DNA from: Octopus vulgaris
Taxonomy: Eukaryota
Assembly (NCBI GenBank): GCA_951406725.2
Contig: OX597817.1
Span: forward strand, 29,822,001 to 29,886,000
Length of the DNA stretch: 64,000 nucleotides
Direction of reading: 5' to 3'
A program made the position numbers and the translations under genes. The notes under the pieces were generated by a model. That model was not told the DNA's origin. It did no database searches and was given only the letters and a program-made list of their open reading frames with translations. The first letter of the stretch is position 1. Each line of letters begins with the position of its first letter. This document shows positions 1 to 14,447 of the stretch, piece by piece.

Positions 1-1084
1 TTCTGCCAGTTTGATCCTAGCATTTGCTCTGTCTCTTCGCGTGTTTCACCTCTCAACTATAACCTCATTTCATTTTATCTGGCTATATCTTGCAACTTTT
101 CCCTAAGCAGTGACCTTCTATCTCATCGTAACTCATTACTTTCAACAAGGAGATTGGGACTTCTTTTGTAATGTTCTGTGGGATAATATCTCTCTTTCTG
201 CTCATTCCTGTACATACAACTGGGGTAGTATCATGTATTCATGCTACGTTTTGAACTTTCATTCTTTATTTCAGATATTTAGTTAAGTAATATACCTTTC
301 CCTATTTTTCTCTTACGTCGCCTCTGCGAGTGTTTAAAGAAGCCATTTTTCTAACGTTATCGTCAACACTTCTTTAGAAAATAAACGCCTTGTTCTCATT
401 GGCTAGGAAAAGTAGAATGGAATTTCTTACAAATGTTATATCTCAATATACAGAATAGATATAATCTTATATTACTTCTCAGAATTCAGGCTCACAGGAC
501 TTTTGGAAATTTTCTATTTGTGCATTTGAATAACACTAAATCTACCATTCCTTCGATCTTCAGCCATTATGACGTACTATCTTATAAATCGGAATAGACT
601 GCTCAGACATTCTAGTCTCGATTCATTTGATGTTTTTCCATACTTTCCTTCTTGCTATGACTAGCAGTTATGACATAATTATTTGACTAGTATATAATTT
701 CTAAATCTGCTTAAATTAATAGTGAGTTCTGATACTGATACGTCTTGTAGTCCTCATAAAATCACTGCCACTGCTTTGCAACAATGCTCTTCTGAACCGT
801 TTTCTAATTTGTCTAACCACTTCAACGGATACTTAGCAGTGACATACTTCTAACCAGCTAATAATTGTTCTCTGTAATCCATATTTTCCAAAGTTCTAGC
901 GAACGTTCTCATCCACTTAACTACTGCCCGATCTACCTTCTTATAGTTAGCAATATTTTTGAGCCATTGGTCAACCAATTTTTCATCTTGCACCTTGAAT
1001 TGCTTGGTCTGTTTTCTGACAAACAGCAGTCCGTTACACTTTTTCGAAATCAGTGACTTTTTGTCACTGGAAAAAGGATATATA

Positions 1085-1300
1085 TATTTGCATTGGGACC
1101 CCTTCGCATTGAAGACCGGTGATTGTCGTGCGCTGACGACGGGTAAATACTCAGAAACCCGGGTCCGTGTGTATCACGTCAGGTCGACGGTGGGAAGGAT
1201 GGCTTTCCTTTGCAAATATTGACAGGGCACAGAAAGTGTGTCAATAGCCAGCTGGAGAAGATATTCTCCTGGGGCTACAAGCTACAGTAGCATCCACCCT
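1085..1300 (+). mobile_element. Family G repeat (Penelope-like terminal repeat carrying a hammerhead motif)
   Basis: Interrupts the LINE remnant. Shares cagaaacc...cacaga...tagcca(g/a)ctgga...cctgggg with copies at 27687-27890 (-) and 43590-43755 (+). Confidence 0.7.
1128..1170 (+). ncRNA. Minimal type I hammerhead ribozyme motif, core intact
   Basis: gtgcg-CTGACGA(1133-1139)-c gggt aaat actc a-GAAA(1154-1157); palindromic stem III acccgggt; GUC triplet 1163-1165; stem I partner cgtgt. Confidence 0.75.
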
Positions 1301-2300
1301 TAATGGTTAGTCACATTTAAATGCCAAATATACTTCACATTTTCGTGCAGCTACTGTTTATACCTCGTTCAGAGATTTATTATAGCAGTCCGTTAGCTTC
1401 TCACTCTACTGCTTATTTTCTGTGAACGATAAATGTGGTTCTACCGGGCTGTGGGTAATTTCGATGAAACAAGTATTGTAACCCATGTCATATCGAAATC
1501 ATTTGACAAAGTTTGATATTCTGGCCTCTCCACAAACTCACAAGCTTGAGATTTATAATAATTTCCGGCAGGATCTATAGGATTCAAGATTCTTTTCTGG
1601 GCGAACGTTGTATAAAAACTGTTTTAAGTGGTCTTCATTATTCTACTTATTCTACTTATTCTACTTCATCTGCTGTTCCTCGAGGTCCTGTTCATCGTCC
1701 AACTTGTTTTTAGTTTTTATTTATAATCTTCTGAATGATATAATTTCTACACTCTCTATTTTTGCTGATGATATTTCTTTGTGTTCTTGCTTGAATGAAA
1801 AATCTAAGTTTTTGATTGGATAGGAATGGCCAGACCTTATGAACCTAATCGGCGTTCGGTGACCGAATGGGTGTTTTGTGTCTGGTTTGCAAAAATCGAA
1901 CTTCTTTCCATCATTCGTTACAGGAACTCTAATGATATTTCTGTTTCTATGCCTTTCTAGCCTTCATCTTTGAGGTGTAACTTTTTCTATATGTCTTACA
2001 TAGAATGATTATAGCAGATCTATTGCGAAATAAGCTGTTGTGAAAGTTGGTACTCCGAATGTATTCTTCATTTTTATAAGTCGTTTAGTCGCCATTGTGT
2101 TGAATGTCGTTTTCACATCTGGGCGGGTCTTCTGATAGTGTTCTTTCTCATACTAATCGAGCGCTGTTTTCGCAACTAAACTAAAATCTGTCTCTGTCTG
2201 TCTCCGTCTCTTATCGCCAGCACATTACTTGTTTATTTGTTTGTGTCCTCTTTTGATTGTATCTACTGACTTCCTTCTATATCTGCCGTATTAAAAAAAT

Positions 2301-2517
2301 ATAATAATAATGAAATTATTGTATACAGTGCTCATGTGCACCACAACTTGTCAAAAGTGCGTATAAAGCATATGCAGTAATGTACAAATGCCTGGGAAGT
2401 GAACAGTGTATGAGTCAGATACATGCTTGCGTGTGTGTGGAGAAAATCAGGTGTAGTGTTGGCGAATCTCAGGAAACATGAAAGTATTTGCTGAATCTCA
2501 GGAAGCATGGAAGTATC
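2301..2517 (-). mobile_element. 3' end of a CR1-like LINE (same family as 34925-35473)
   Basis: Close reverse complement of 35283-35473 (cctgagattcgccaacactacacctg...gtatacaataatttcattat), ending in a short (TTA)n tail. Confidence 0.85.
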
Positions 2518-4067
2518 TGCTGAGGTTTTTGAAATCTGGAATTATACACTTAATTAAATTCACTAGAATGCACTGTTCTCATTTGGTTTCCATACTAAGG
2601 ATGTTTTCTCCATTAGTTGTTTAACTTCTTTTGATATTGCAAGATCGATGCTCTTCAACCAAAGCATATATGACTTGACGACAGTTAGCAATTAATGCTC
2701 ACCGTTATACTGTTTTAAGGTACAAATTGGGAAACTTTAAACTTAAAATCTATAATAAAAAGTTTAGAACTGTTTCTTAGCTCTCAAATCCAGTCGTTCA
2801 AAACTTTTAGACGAAGTGGAAGACGAAAATTACCTAATAACAATAAACGATGATAAGTTGAAAGTATGGGGAAAATACACGCTACCATGCTGGAAAAAAA
2901 ACCCTTGAGGTTATTCGGCAAATATATCGTTAGAAAACTAATGCGTAAGTTGCTTCTTGGTGAACGTGTCGGATAATATTGATAGGCTGGTGTGAGGGTT
3001 AATGTAGATAAATATTCGTAATTATAGTTCTTGTCAGGATGGTAGTTCGACAGAATGAGTTTTTCGAATGCCAGAAGACTAAGTTCGTGTTACGAAGTGT
3101 GAATGCTCTGTCCACACAAATGCCTCAGCCTAAAATGTATATAAAAAAAAATTAGATGTATTATCAAGCTTATGTAAATTCGTCTGTCTAAAAGTAGACA
3201 ATAAATCGTTCGCCAAGAAACTTACAATACCACAATAGAATCTTACTACTTCCATGATATTAATAAGACTAACTGTTTCTTGAGGCATAAAATATGGACA
3301 AAATTTGAATCAGAAAAACTATCTAGAGGACATAAATAGTCCTCTTGAATTCTATCCGTTATTCGAATTGGGTTGGTCGTATTTGGCTATCGAAAACATA
3401 AATTCGTATTGGTGAAGTGATGGATCAATGAAATTATTAGAGTGTCAGTTAAATGCTTTGCATACTGAGTTCAAGTCTCACCAAGTTCAACCTTGCAATT
3501 CATCTTTCCAGGACTGTAAAAATAAAGCACCAGTCAAGCATGAAATTATTCAAGTTTGAATTCATTTCACACACACACACGCAAAAAAAGAGGTTATCTC
3601 TTAACCGTTCGGATGTCTTTACGGCTGACAGTAGACTGCTCTTCACTAAGGAAAGAAAATAAAACTAAAACATATATAAAAATGTCATAATGTCACTTGA
3701 GCTGCCAAAAATCAGATGTAGTCGTCTTTGCAAATATCCAATTTAAATTTTGGTCAATGAAATTCAGTTCTACTTTATTTCACTCTTGAGTGGAATAAAA
3801 TAGAAATTGATGGTAAGAATTTTTCTTATTATGGTTATAATTCGGACTGATTAGCAATTAAATTCAGCTCGACAGCTCAAGTAAGGTAGCCTCAACATAG
3901 CCATGAATACACAAATACACACAGACACACTCGCCCTCATATATTTGGTGAGACTTGCCAAATATGAAGAATTTGCAACTTAAGCAACAAAAGCTACACT
4001 ATGACCGCTGACCCCCACTTTCTTGCCCCTTTTTATTTCCCATGCTTTTATCTCACATCGTTAAGCT

Positions 4068-4621
4068 TCTGATATTAAGTCCGTCTACCTGTCAATCTCT
4101 CAAGTTCTTCATAGCTGCCCAACAAAATTACTACACATTTTCTGTTAGTTTCTTTTCTCGGAACTATCGCGTTTCCTTCAAACCATTAACAATAAAACGG
4201 ATAATGAAATGAAAATGTACCGTTCCTCTTTTCATTTATCCAACCTCCTGTTTACATTGCAATGGAAAAAGGTTACCAGCGTAATTTCATTTGTGTTAAA
4301 TTGTCAACATCAACTAAGAGGGGATAGCACCTATTGTGACGCATGACGACTTTCAGTTCTATCTTCTGTGTATGTAATTTCTCCTTTTTGACTGCTCATA
4401 GTTGTAGAATATACGTAAAGAGAGAAGCAAGAATATGTGCCTGAAAGCAGCGGTCATGCTACTTTAATGTAGATGGTTCTTTTTACAACGCAGCATTTTG
4501 ACAGTCAAAAATGTGAACACTCTGCCAAGTGCAAGACTTTTTCTGCCGTTACACTTTATTGCTCACGTTGCTAAACGTCTGATATTAAGTCCGTCTACCT
4601 GTCAATCTCTCAAGTTCTTCA
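4068..4621. repeat. Perfect 44-bp direct repeat (4068-4111 and 4578-4621)
   Basis: tctgatattaagtccgtctacctgtcaatctctcaagttcttca occurs twice, 510 bp apart. Confidence 0.95.
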
Positions 4622-6999
4622 GAACTACTCTCTTTTTATGTGCTTCAGAACAAATCTGATTGACTAGATCTGTAGTCACTGCTTTATCAAAAATCCAGAA
4701 CATGTTTGCATATAATTTTATTGGCCACATTATTTCTGTTGAAAGTGTTCTGTTGAAATTCCGGTCGTTGATTAAAATGATTTCTCTGATTGAAACCGAA
4801 AACGCCCGGTGTACGAATCGATGTGTACACGTGCTGCAGAAGGAAAAGTAAAAAGAAGAAAGTTAGTAACGTGGAGATCAGTAGAAGACTGAAAAGTGTG
4901 AGAGATAGAGATAAGAAAGAAATGAAGAAAAAGAAGTGAGATGAAAGAATAGATACTGAAAAAATAAATATAAAGAATTAGACGTGTAGGACGAGGGAAA
5001 GAAAGAGGAGAATAAAAAAAAGAAAGAAACCATGGGAAAAAAGAGAAAAAAGAGAGATTATAGAAACAGTGGAAGAGGATTAGTGGTAATAAAGTAAAAA
5101 ATAGAAAGAAAGGAATTAGACAAAATAGAAGGACGATGGTGTTTAAATGTAACAGATATCGCAATATTGTATCTATTAAGAAATATATACGAAATATATA
5201 TGAAATTCTGGTAGAAAGAAGGGGAAAGGGAATGTTTAGAAATAGATTAGAAGGAGAGGAGAAATAGTTGATTAGTTAAAGGCAGGAAAACTTTAAACAG
5301 AGTGGAGTCAAGTTATAGTCAAGTAGGTATTAGGTGGGTGAAGTTATTTTAAATTAAGGGCTACAGAGAAAGAGCAATGAAAGCATAGGAAGACGGATGT
5401 TGAAAAGTATAAAACGTATCAATGGGGTATTAAATGTATGAAGTGGTAATGGAATAGGGGCAGGGTATGCAGATGATTATAGTAAAAGAGGTTTGTTTAA
5501 TAAATAAATATATTTGTGAAAATCAGAAACAAATAATCTGAGTTCAAAGGGAAAGGTCTGAAACAAGTAAAAAAAAAAAAAAAAAAATTGGAAATTAAAT
5601 TAATGATATATTACATTGGCAGAGAGTCTCACAGTTTTAGCAAGGAGGAGGAGAAAATAATTGATTATATAAATGCCAATGCCTAACTGGTGGTATACTT
5701 TATTAATGCTGAAAGAATGAAAGAATTAGAGAGTTAGAACAAATACCACAAAGTATTATGTCTGTTACTTTAATAAGTCTGCTAGAAGGAAATAAGAAAA
5801 TTAATAAGAAGTGATAAAAAGAGGAAAAGATGAAAGGAATAAATTTGAAGGTGAAGAAGTGCACATTAAAATCAAGTAAATCTCAAAAAAGATAATGGAA
5901 AAAATATAAAATTAAGAAATGTGAAATGAGAGTTGAGATATTATATAGTTTGGTGATTCAGGGCAACAGTGCACATATCAAATAGTGAACAGAAGCAAGT
6001 TATTAAGTTTGATTTGAAGTTAAAGATAAAGAAGAATAGATACAACAGTACAAATGAACCCAACAAATTTATGGGTAAATTCTGGAGAACATATTTTCAA
6101 ATATATATACCAAAGAAGATATATATGGACCCCTTGATATCACAATAATTAAGTTTCCAAAAGGAAGGAAGAGCTTGTGAGAAATTCCAAAATTATTGGT
6201 GAATATCTTTGAAAATCAGCATGTGTGCTTATGGTATAATCAACCCATGGAAGTTTCTCCAAAATTATTTATCTCACATTTTATTCCATTTCTTTGATTT
6301 CCTTGCCAACATGTATTCTGTTAAACATTTACTTTTTATAAAACCCAGTTTCATTACATATTTCTTTTCTATTATAGGTATTTTAACTATCGTTACATCC
6401 TTAAAACTAACCCCTTAATCAACTGTCATACACATTTATTTACCTATTTATTTATTTCAAATGTTAGAATTAATGATGTATTCAGTTAAAGGTGAAGTAA
6501 TGTCTTGAAAAGTGAGAAAGTGAAATTCAAAGTAAGCAAATCTTGAAAACCCAGTTCTCATGTTAGAAAAACACACATGCATGCACATGTATACTTATAC
6601 ATGCACACATAATTCTACACTATAATGCATAAAGATAAATGCATGTAATTTCAATTAAAGACACATACAAACACATTCCACCCTTCCTATATGTTTGTGT
6701 ATATTAATATTCTTTACTTTTAAGATAACCTTTCATAATATACAGTCTCACATAATGCAAAAAGGTATGAATTTAATTATTTACACAGTTAGATAACATT
6801 TCATTTAAAAATTCAATGAATAATGAATATAAAATATCTATATGTAGTTGAACTAGAAACCTTAGGTTAGAAGACAATACATTCAAATTTATTTTCATAA
6901 TTCTTATTGCTATATTGTCTATCATATTAATGATTGAATTGATGCACACACACACATCAGATAAAATATCTGAAGTACATAAATGAATGTACATCTACT

Positions 7000-8500
<1,501 letters not shown>

Positions 8501-10149
8501 TTTATGTGTGTTATATGTATGTAGTTGCATACTTGTATAAATTTCTTTTTATAGCATTACCAAATAAATCTTTGAATATCGCTGACAAAAATCTGCACTA
8601 CCAACAAGAAAAACATTGACACCAGGAATAATACCAAATAAAATAGCAATAAAATCCTAGAAAAAGAAAATGAACAGCAATAATAACATTAAGAATATAG
8701 AAAAAGAAACAAAAGCAACAAATCTTATTCACATGTATGTATTAAACAACAAGAAATTTATCAGCTTACTCTAACAAATTAATCTATGAACATATTTTTA
8801 TCTCTAAAAGAAAATGCATTAAAATATTGTTTTATTGAAATATCTCATTGCAAATGTCGAATATTCACATACCAAATAGGTTTTAAAAAATAACTTAATA
8901 AAGGGAAATATAAATGAAATGAATGCCATTAGAATATAGTTTTGTTTATTTATATATTTTTTTTTGCTTTATAAACATTATAACAGGGGGGAAAAAATGA
9001 GAAAGGAAAGTATCTTGAAGAAGACAAAGTATTTTAGATTATTTTCTTTGACCTCTATTTGTTATCAAAATTTTACTGCAAGTATGAAACTTAACATAGC
9101 TAAGAGAAAAAAAAATTTCCTTTCATAGATACTTAATGGAAAAAGCAAGTTGAGTTATCATCGTCAAGTAAGTCAATGAATTTTATAATGATTATTGCAG
9201 GCATACATATAAACACACATACACACACACACACACACACACATATGCAAATATACATATCAATACATCAATATCTCTCTAACTAGCTATCAATCTATGT
9301 AAATATCTTTCTTCGCTTTTTGATATTGTTTCTATCTTCCTATTTCCATTGCACAGTCTCTATCTTCTTCTCTCTCTCTCTCTAACTCTTACACATTTTC
9401 ACTTACTTTCACTTTCATTCCCCCCTCTTCCACCCACTCCTCTCTGTCTTCTTCTCTCTCTATTTATTACGAATCTGTCTTCTTTTGCTCACTTTTTTTG
9501 TGATACTGGTAAGAAATGTAGCCTTAGTTTTATTGACAATTCTACATGCATAATATTTGTCTTTCTGCTGCTATGCAATAACCTTTTAAATTTCTCTTTT
9601 TTTACTTACGTACTTCTCTTTTTATGGTTTAACATACATTTACACTTAAGAGAACCAAGCATAGACAAGTCAGTAACAAGTTAGATGACCTGCACAAAAA
9701 ATAACTGTAATTTTGTCAGTAGCACAATGTCCATGGTTACATGGTTAGTGCACATAACTCTCAAATAATTTGATTTATTCAGCAACAGACAACTAACTTG
9801 TTTCAAACATCAAGAGATCTGCATAATTAACAAGTGTTACATCACACTGCAGCCTAATTCCAGATCCTCTGTTAATCAGTCTGGATTAAAAGGCGAAGAG
9901 AAGGTGCTGCAGTACTAAACCTTAGAGCAGAGTCTCTAATTATCTTTATCAATCTTGTCATTATCGCCAGAATGTGTGTGAAGCCTAAAGATGTACACAA
10001 CATAAAACATATTTTACAAAGATTCAAGGCTGACTAAAGCTAGTGACAACCTGAGTAGTCAACTGGGATGAAATCTTGCTAACGGTGCTTTATCATGTAT
10101 TTAGAATCTTTTAAATACAAGGTGTTTTGAAGATATTGTGTACACACAT

Positions 10150-10190
<41 letters not shown>

Positions 10191-10378
10191 GTTGTCAGAA
10201 GCACTGTTGAATAAAATATATTCGTATTATGCCATGTTTAACATGTCTGAATGCACTTGGATGTGTGAAGACCTTTTGCTGTGGAAATAGCTCTCCAGAA
10301 GAAGATTCTTTTCTTAAATGATCTGATATTAAGCAGCAAATGACATCATGCAGAATGTAGATTGAGCAGAAAGTAAAT

Positions 10379-10793
10379 GTGGTAAGCAGGCAGAAATGTT
10401 AGCATGCTGGGCAAAGCGCCTAGCGGTATTTTGTCTGCTGCTACATTCTGAGGTCAAATTCCGCCGAGATCGACTTTGCCTTTCATTCTTTCAGGGCCGA
10501 TTAAATAAGTACCAGTTACACACTGGGTTCGATGTAATCGACTTAATACCTATGTCTGTCCTTGTTTGTGCCCTCTGTGTTTAGCCCCTTGTGTGTAGTA
10601 AAGAAATAGGTATTGTGTCTGCCACTACGTTCGGAGTTCAGATTCCGCCGAGATCGACTTTGCCTTTCATTCTTTCAGGGTCAATTAAATAAGTACCAGT
10701 TATGCACTGGGGTCGATGTAATCGACTTAATCCATTTGTCTGTCCTTGTTTGTCCCCTCTGTGTGTAGCCCCTTGTGGGCAGTAAAAGAAATA
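10379..10793 (+). mobile_element. SINE family A, dimeric copy
   Basis: tRNA-like head (ggcagaaatgttagc...gtcaaattcc), core gactttgcctttcattctttc...taaataagtaccagtt, tail gccccttgtg..taaagaaata; a second head-truncated unit starts at ~10609. Confidence 0.9.
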
Positions 10794-11339
10794 AGAAAGT
10801 AGGTTGAGTTCTTGAGTAAGACACTCCACTTCCTGCTGTTCCTATCCACTTAACTGAAAAATGGTTATCAGCAGAAGCTAACCGTGTGATACACTGGCAA
10901 CCCATTCCCAAAGAGAGAGAGGGGGAGGGAGGGTGTATTGCACAGCCTTGGTTTCTCATGTCTTATGAGAACTGAGATAAGCTTCTGTCTAATGAGTCCA
11001 TAGCCCTGTGTCAGGCTTATTTGCCTATTTTTTTAAAACCTTTATATAAAGGTGTAAAGCATTGACCCTTTCTTTGAACAGGTCACATTTGCTTATAATT
11101 AAAATAAACGGTTTATTTCCTCATTTGCATTTTTTCCTTCTTAAAAAAATTCTGAAAAAATTTACTTGCTGAGGCATAAAAATTCTGTTTATCTAGGACT
11201 TCAATAACCTTAGGGCCCACCCTCATGATCATCTGCCCACCACCACAACACAAGCAGGAGCTGATATTTGGAATATAAGTCCTGACTGAGAAAATGTGAA
11301 TGAGTTAATGAGATAAAATAGTAATAATTATGATATTTG

Positions 11340-11548
11340 TTACAAATTTTGGCACAAAGCAAGGAATTTTAGGAGGTGGGAGGTTTAGTTGATAACATTG
11401 ACCCACATACTTTATATCATTAACACCAAGGGGGGAAAGAGAGATAAAGTTGATCTCAGTGGAATTTGAGTCTAATAATATAAAGTGTTGGAAGTAATAC
11501 CACCAGGCACTTTTGCTATACCCTAATGATTTTGTTCAGTTTGCTGTC
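11340..11548 (-). mobile_element. SINE family A, old variant-tail copy
   Basis: Degenerate match: caaattttggcacaa..., aaagttgatctcagtggaatttgag. Confidence 0.65.
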
Positions 11549-11550
11549 TT

Positions 11551-11572
11551 AACAATAATAATAATAATAATA

Positions 11573-11607
<35 letters not shown>

Positions 11608-11609
11608 AA

Positions 11610-11644
<35 letters not shown>

Positions 11645-11695
11645 AGAAGAAGAAGAAGAAGAAGAAGAAGAAGGAGGAGGAGGAGAAGAAGAAGA
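11551..11695. repeat. (AAT)n-(GAA)n compound microsatellite
   Basis: Seen directly. Confidence 0.97.
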
Positions 11696-12084
11696 CACTT
11701 GTAAGTTTTCCAATTTTCAAGATGCGTATTTTGGAACAAGCAAAGTATTGCCATTACGTTCACAGTGCCTTGCACCAGTTCTACTGTCACCTCAAGTTCA
11801 CTAATGCTTTGAAAGGGAAGTTGGTATGTAGAAGTCCATTGTATAAGTATGGTTATTGTGTATAAGTACGTATACTGTATATAAGCAGTTATAGTCTTTA
11901 TCAATGTGTATATTGTGTTTAAAACAATGCATTGAGTTATGTCTTTTTAAATGATAATGTAACTCTGCTATTCAATAAAGTAAGTATGGGGGTTTCTTAA
12001 AAGCTCATATAGGTGCAGTGCTAGTTTAGCAGATACTGAATGACTGAAACTAAGTTGCAAAAAAAACATATATTCTATCGTTTT

Positions 12085-12498
12085 TTATCTTTTATTTTTT
12101 TACTTGTTTCAGTCATCTGACAGCGGCCTTGCTGGGGCACCACCTTGAAGGGTTTTAGTTAAATGAATCAACTCTAGGATTTATTTTTTTTAAGCTTGGT
12201 GCTTATTTCATCAGTCTCTTTTTTTTGTCAAACTGTTAATGCTATGGGGATGTAAACACACCAACATCGGTTGTAAAGTGGCAGTGGTGGTGGTGGGGAC
12301 AAACACAGACACAAAGACACACATACACAGTTATATACATATACATATATATATGATGGGCTTCTTCCAGTTTCCGTCCACCAAATCTACTCACAGGGCT
12401 TTGGTCAGCCCGAGGCTATAAAGGTGCCATGCAGTGGAACTAAACCCAGAATCATGTGACTGGGAAGCAAGCTTCATACTACATAGCCACATCTGTGC
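12085..12498 (-). mobile_element. SINE family B
   Basis: Reverse complement of the B consensus: head ggagtggctgtgtggtaag, internal (TA/TG)n, tail gactgaaacaagtaaaaga. Confidence 0.85.
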
Positions 12499-12596
12499 AA
12501 TATTGAAAATATTTTAAGTATTTTTTTGAAAATGTTGGTGTTAATTGATTTTAAAATTGCAAAGTGCACCTAGTGGTTTATATGAACATTTTAGTC

Positions 12597-13068
12597 TTTA
12601 CTCTTTTACTCTTTTACTTGTTTCAGTCATTTGACTGCGGCCATGCTGGAGCACCGCCTTTAGTCGAGCAACTCGACCCCGGGACTTATTCTTTTTGTAA
12701 GCCCAGTACTTATTCTATCGGTCTCTTTTGCCGAACCGCTAAGTGACGGGGACATAAACACACCAGCATCGGTTGTCAAGCAATGCTAGGGGTCAAACAC
12801 AGACACACAAACACACACACATACATATATATATATATAGACCCCGGTCGAACCGTCCAACCCATGCTAGCGCAGAAAACGGACGTTAAACGATGATGAT
12901 GATGATGATGATGATGGGCTTCTTTCAGTTTCCGTCTACCAAATCCACTCACAAGGCTTTGGTCGGCCTGGGGCTATAGCAGAAGACACTTGCCCAAGAT
13001 GCCACGCAGTGAGACTGAACCCAGAACCATGTGCTTGGTTAGCAAGCTACTTACCACACAACCACTCC
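12597..13068 (-). mobile_element. SINE family B with a nested family C 3' fragment (12840-12914, +) and a 58-bp flanking duplication
   Basis: Near-consensus B. The fragment ccgtccaacccatgctagc...cgttaaac(gat)n sits in the internal microsatellite. Flanks 12539-12596 and 13069-13126 match 55/58. Confidence 0.92.
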
Positions 13069-13910
13069 TGTTAATTGATTTTAAAATTGCAAGGTACACT
13101 TAGTGGTTTATATGAACATTTTAGTCCGTTTATTTTTATGGTATATGCAAGAACTAACAGCCTGGTTAAATTAACAGCCTTTCTCAATCACATCCAACCA
13201 TCTCAAAAGAAGAAAGACATATTAGATTATATAGACCTAGACACATTGTGTTTGAATAAAAATGATATGGCCATGGCCAGAAAACCAGTTTTTATAGGCT
13301 TTATTAGGGCTGCCACAACAATAAGGCTTATGGGGAAAGTATAAACAACACAATAGTATGAAATTTTCCATCTCTTAAAAAAATAAAAAATGTTCAGTTT
13401 CTGCAGCTTTGTGCATATAAAATTATGTCCCAGTAATTTTAGTTCATTATTCTGAACAGTAAATATATTAAAAAAAAAAAAAAGTATACATGCTGCTTTT
13501 CTGAGCTCAGTGAGAAACACGAAATAGCAATTATTGAACAATATCAAGCATCAATAACAAGACAAAACAAGCTGAAATGTCCTCATTAAATTAAATAGAA
13601 GTTCATTGTACTTATTTAATCTTATTTAAACACCTTTTCCTGAATGAAAATAGTGCTAATCCAATTTTGGCCATGTAAAGTTTTGCTATAATTATAATCA
13701 TTCAACTTAGAGGTAAATTATATTACCTCATTAGTTGATTATTCAACAACTGTTTCCAAACTTTAACCTAATGCTTATGTAGGTATGTGTATACATACAT
13801 ACACATGTATATATAATATGATGTATTTTTATATTAATATGTATATATATATATATATATACATATTAATATAAAAATACATCATATTATATATACATGT
13901 GTATGTATAC

Positions 13911-13944
<34 letters not shown>

Positions 13945-14447
13945 GTGTGTGTGTGTTTATGTATATACATACATGTGTGTGTGTGTATAATACATTATAA
14001 ATGAAAGGCTCTGATTTCCGGTACTCAGAGTAACTCGTTTGCAAATTATCAGCTGGAAATGCGAGCCTGGTTTTCTTTTGAATATTCATTGTTTGAATAT
14101 TTTTTGAAACAGGAAATGAAAGTATGAAAGAAATGCTTATCCTTATTTTCTTTAGTTTAAAAAAACTTTGTGAACGACACATGAGTAAATGGCTGTTTTA
14201 AGCTCATGCTTTTTTTAAATTTCATTTCTGGTTCTCATGGTAATATTATTATAAATGTTACACACAAAGTCATGAAATTGCATTTCTGTTTAAGCAACAT
14301 TCCAAAATGATGCTTTTAAACAATACTTTTAATTAATGTTTTTAAAATCAATGAGTGTGTATGTGGGAGTTCATTTTGCATTTGCTTGTGCAGACACATA
14401 CATACTGAAACACATATATACATAGAATTATATATTCATGTACACAA

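Larger units (their letters stand above)
1..2280 (+). mobile_element. Decayed Jockey/CR1-group LINE ORF2 (reverse transcriptase) remnant, interrupted at about 1080-1300
   Basis: Collinear degenerate ORF2 motifs in shifting frames: HYFQQGDWDFF (134-166), SQNSGSQDFWK (~477-510), SERSHPLNYCPIYLL..SNIFE..LFSDKQ (ORF 865-1056), LHKL..ISGRIYRIQDSFLGER..SAVPRG (1513-1713) and SIFADD (ORF 1608-1823). Right boundary approximate. Confidence 0.85.

Noticed and set aside
2900-3440. Possible LINE endonuclease remnant on the minus strand (also 9640-10100 on +)
   Set aside because: Motif matches are too weak to support by eye.
11513-11904. Poly-Arg/Ile/Leu ORFs, and the poly-His ORF at 19504-19836
   Set aside because: Trinucleotide microsatellites with no domain content or splice context.
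13075-13344. 89-aa non-repetitive ORF
   Set aside because: It starts at a non-ATG codon inside a TSD, and has no domain similarity or convincing splice sites.
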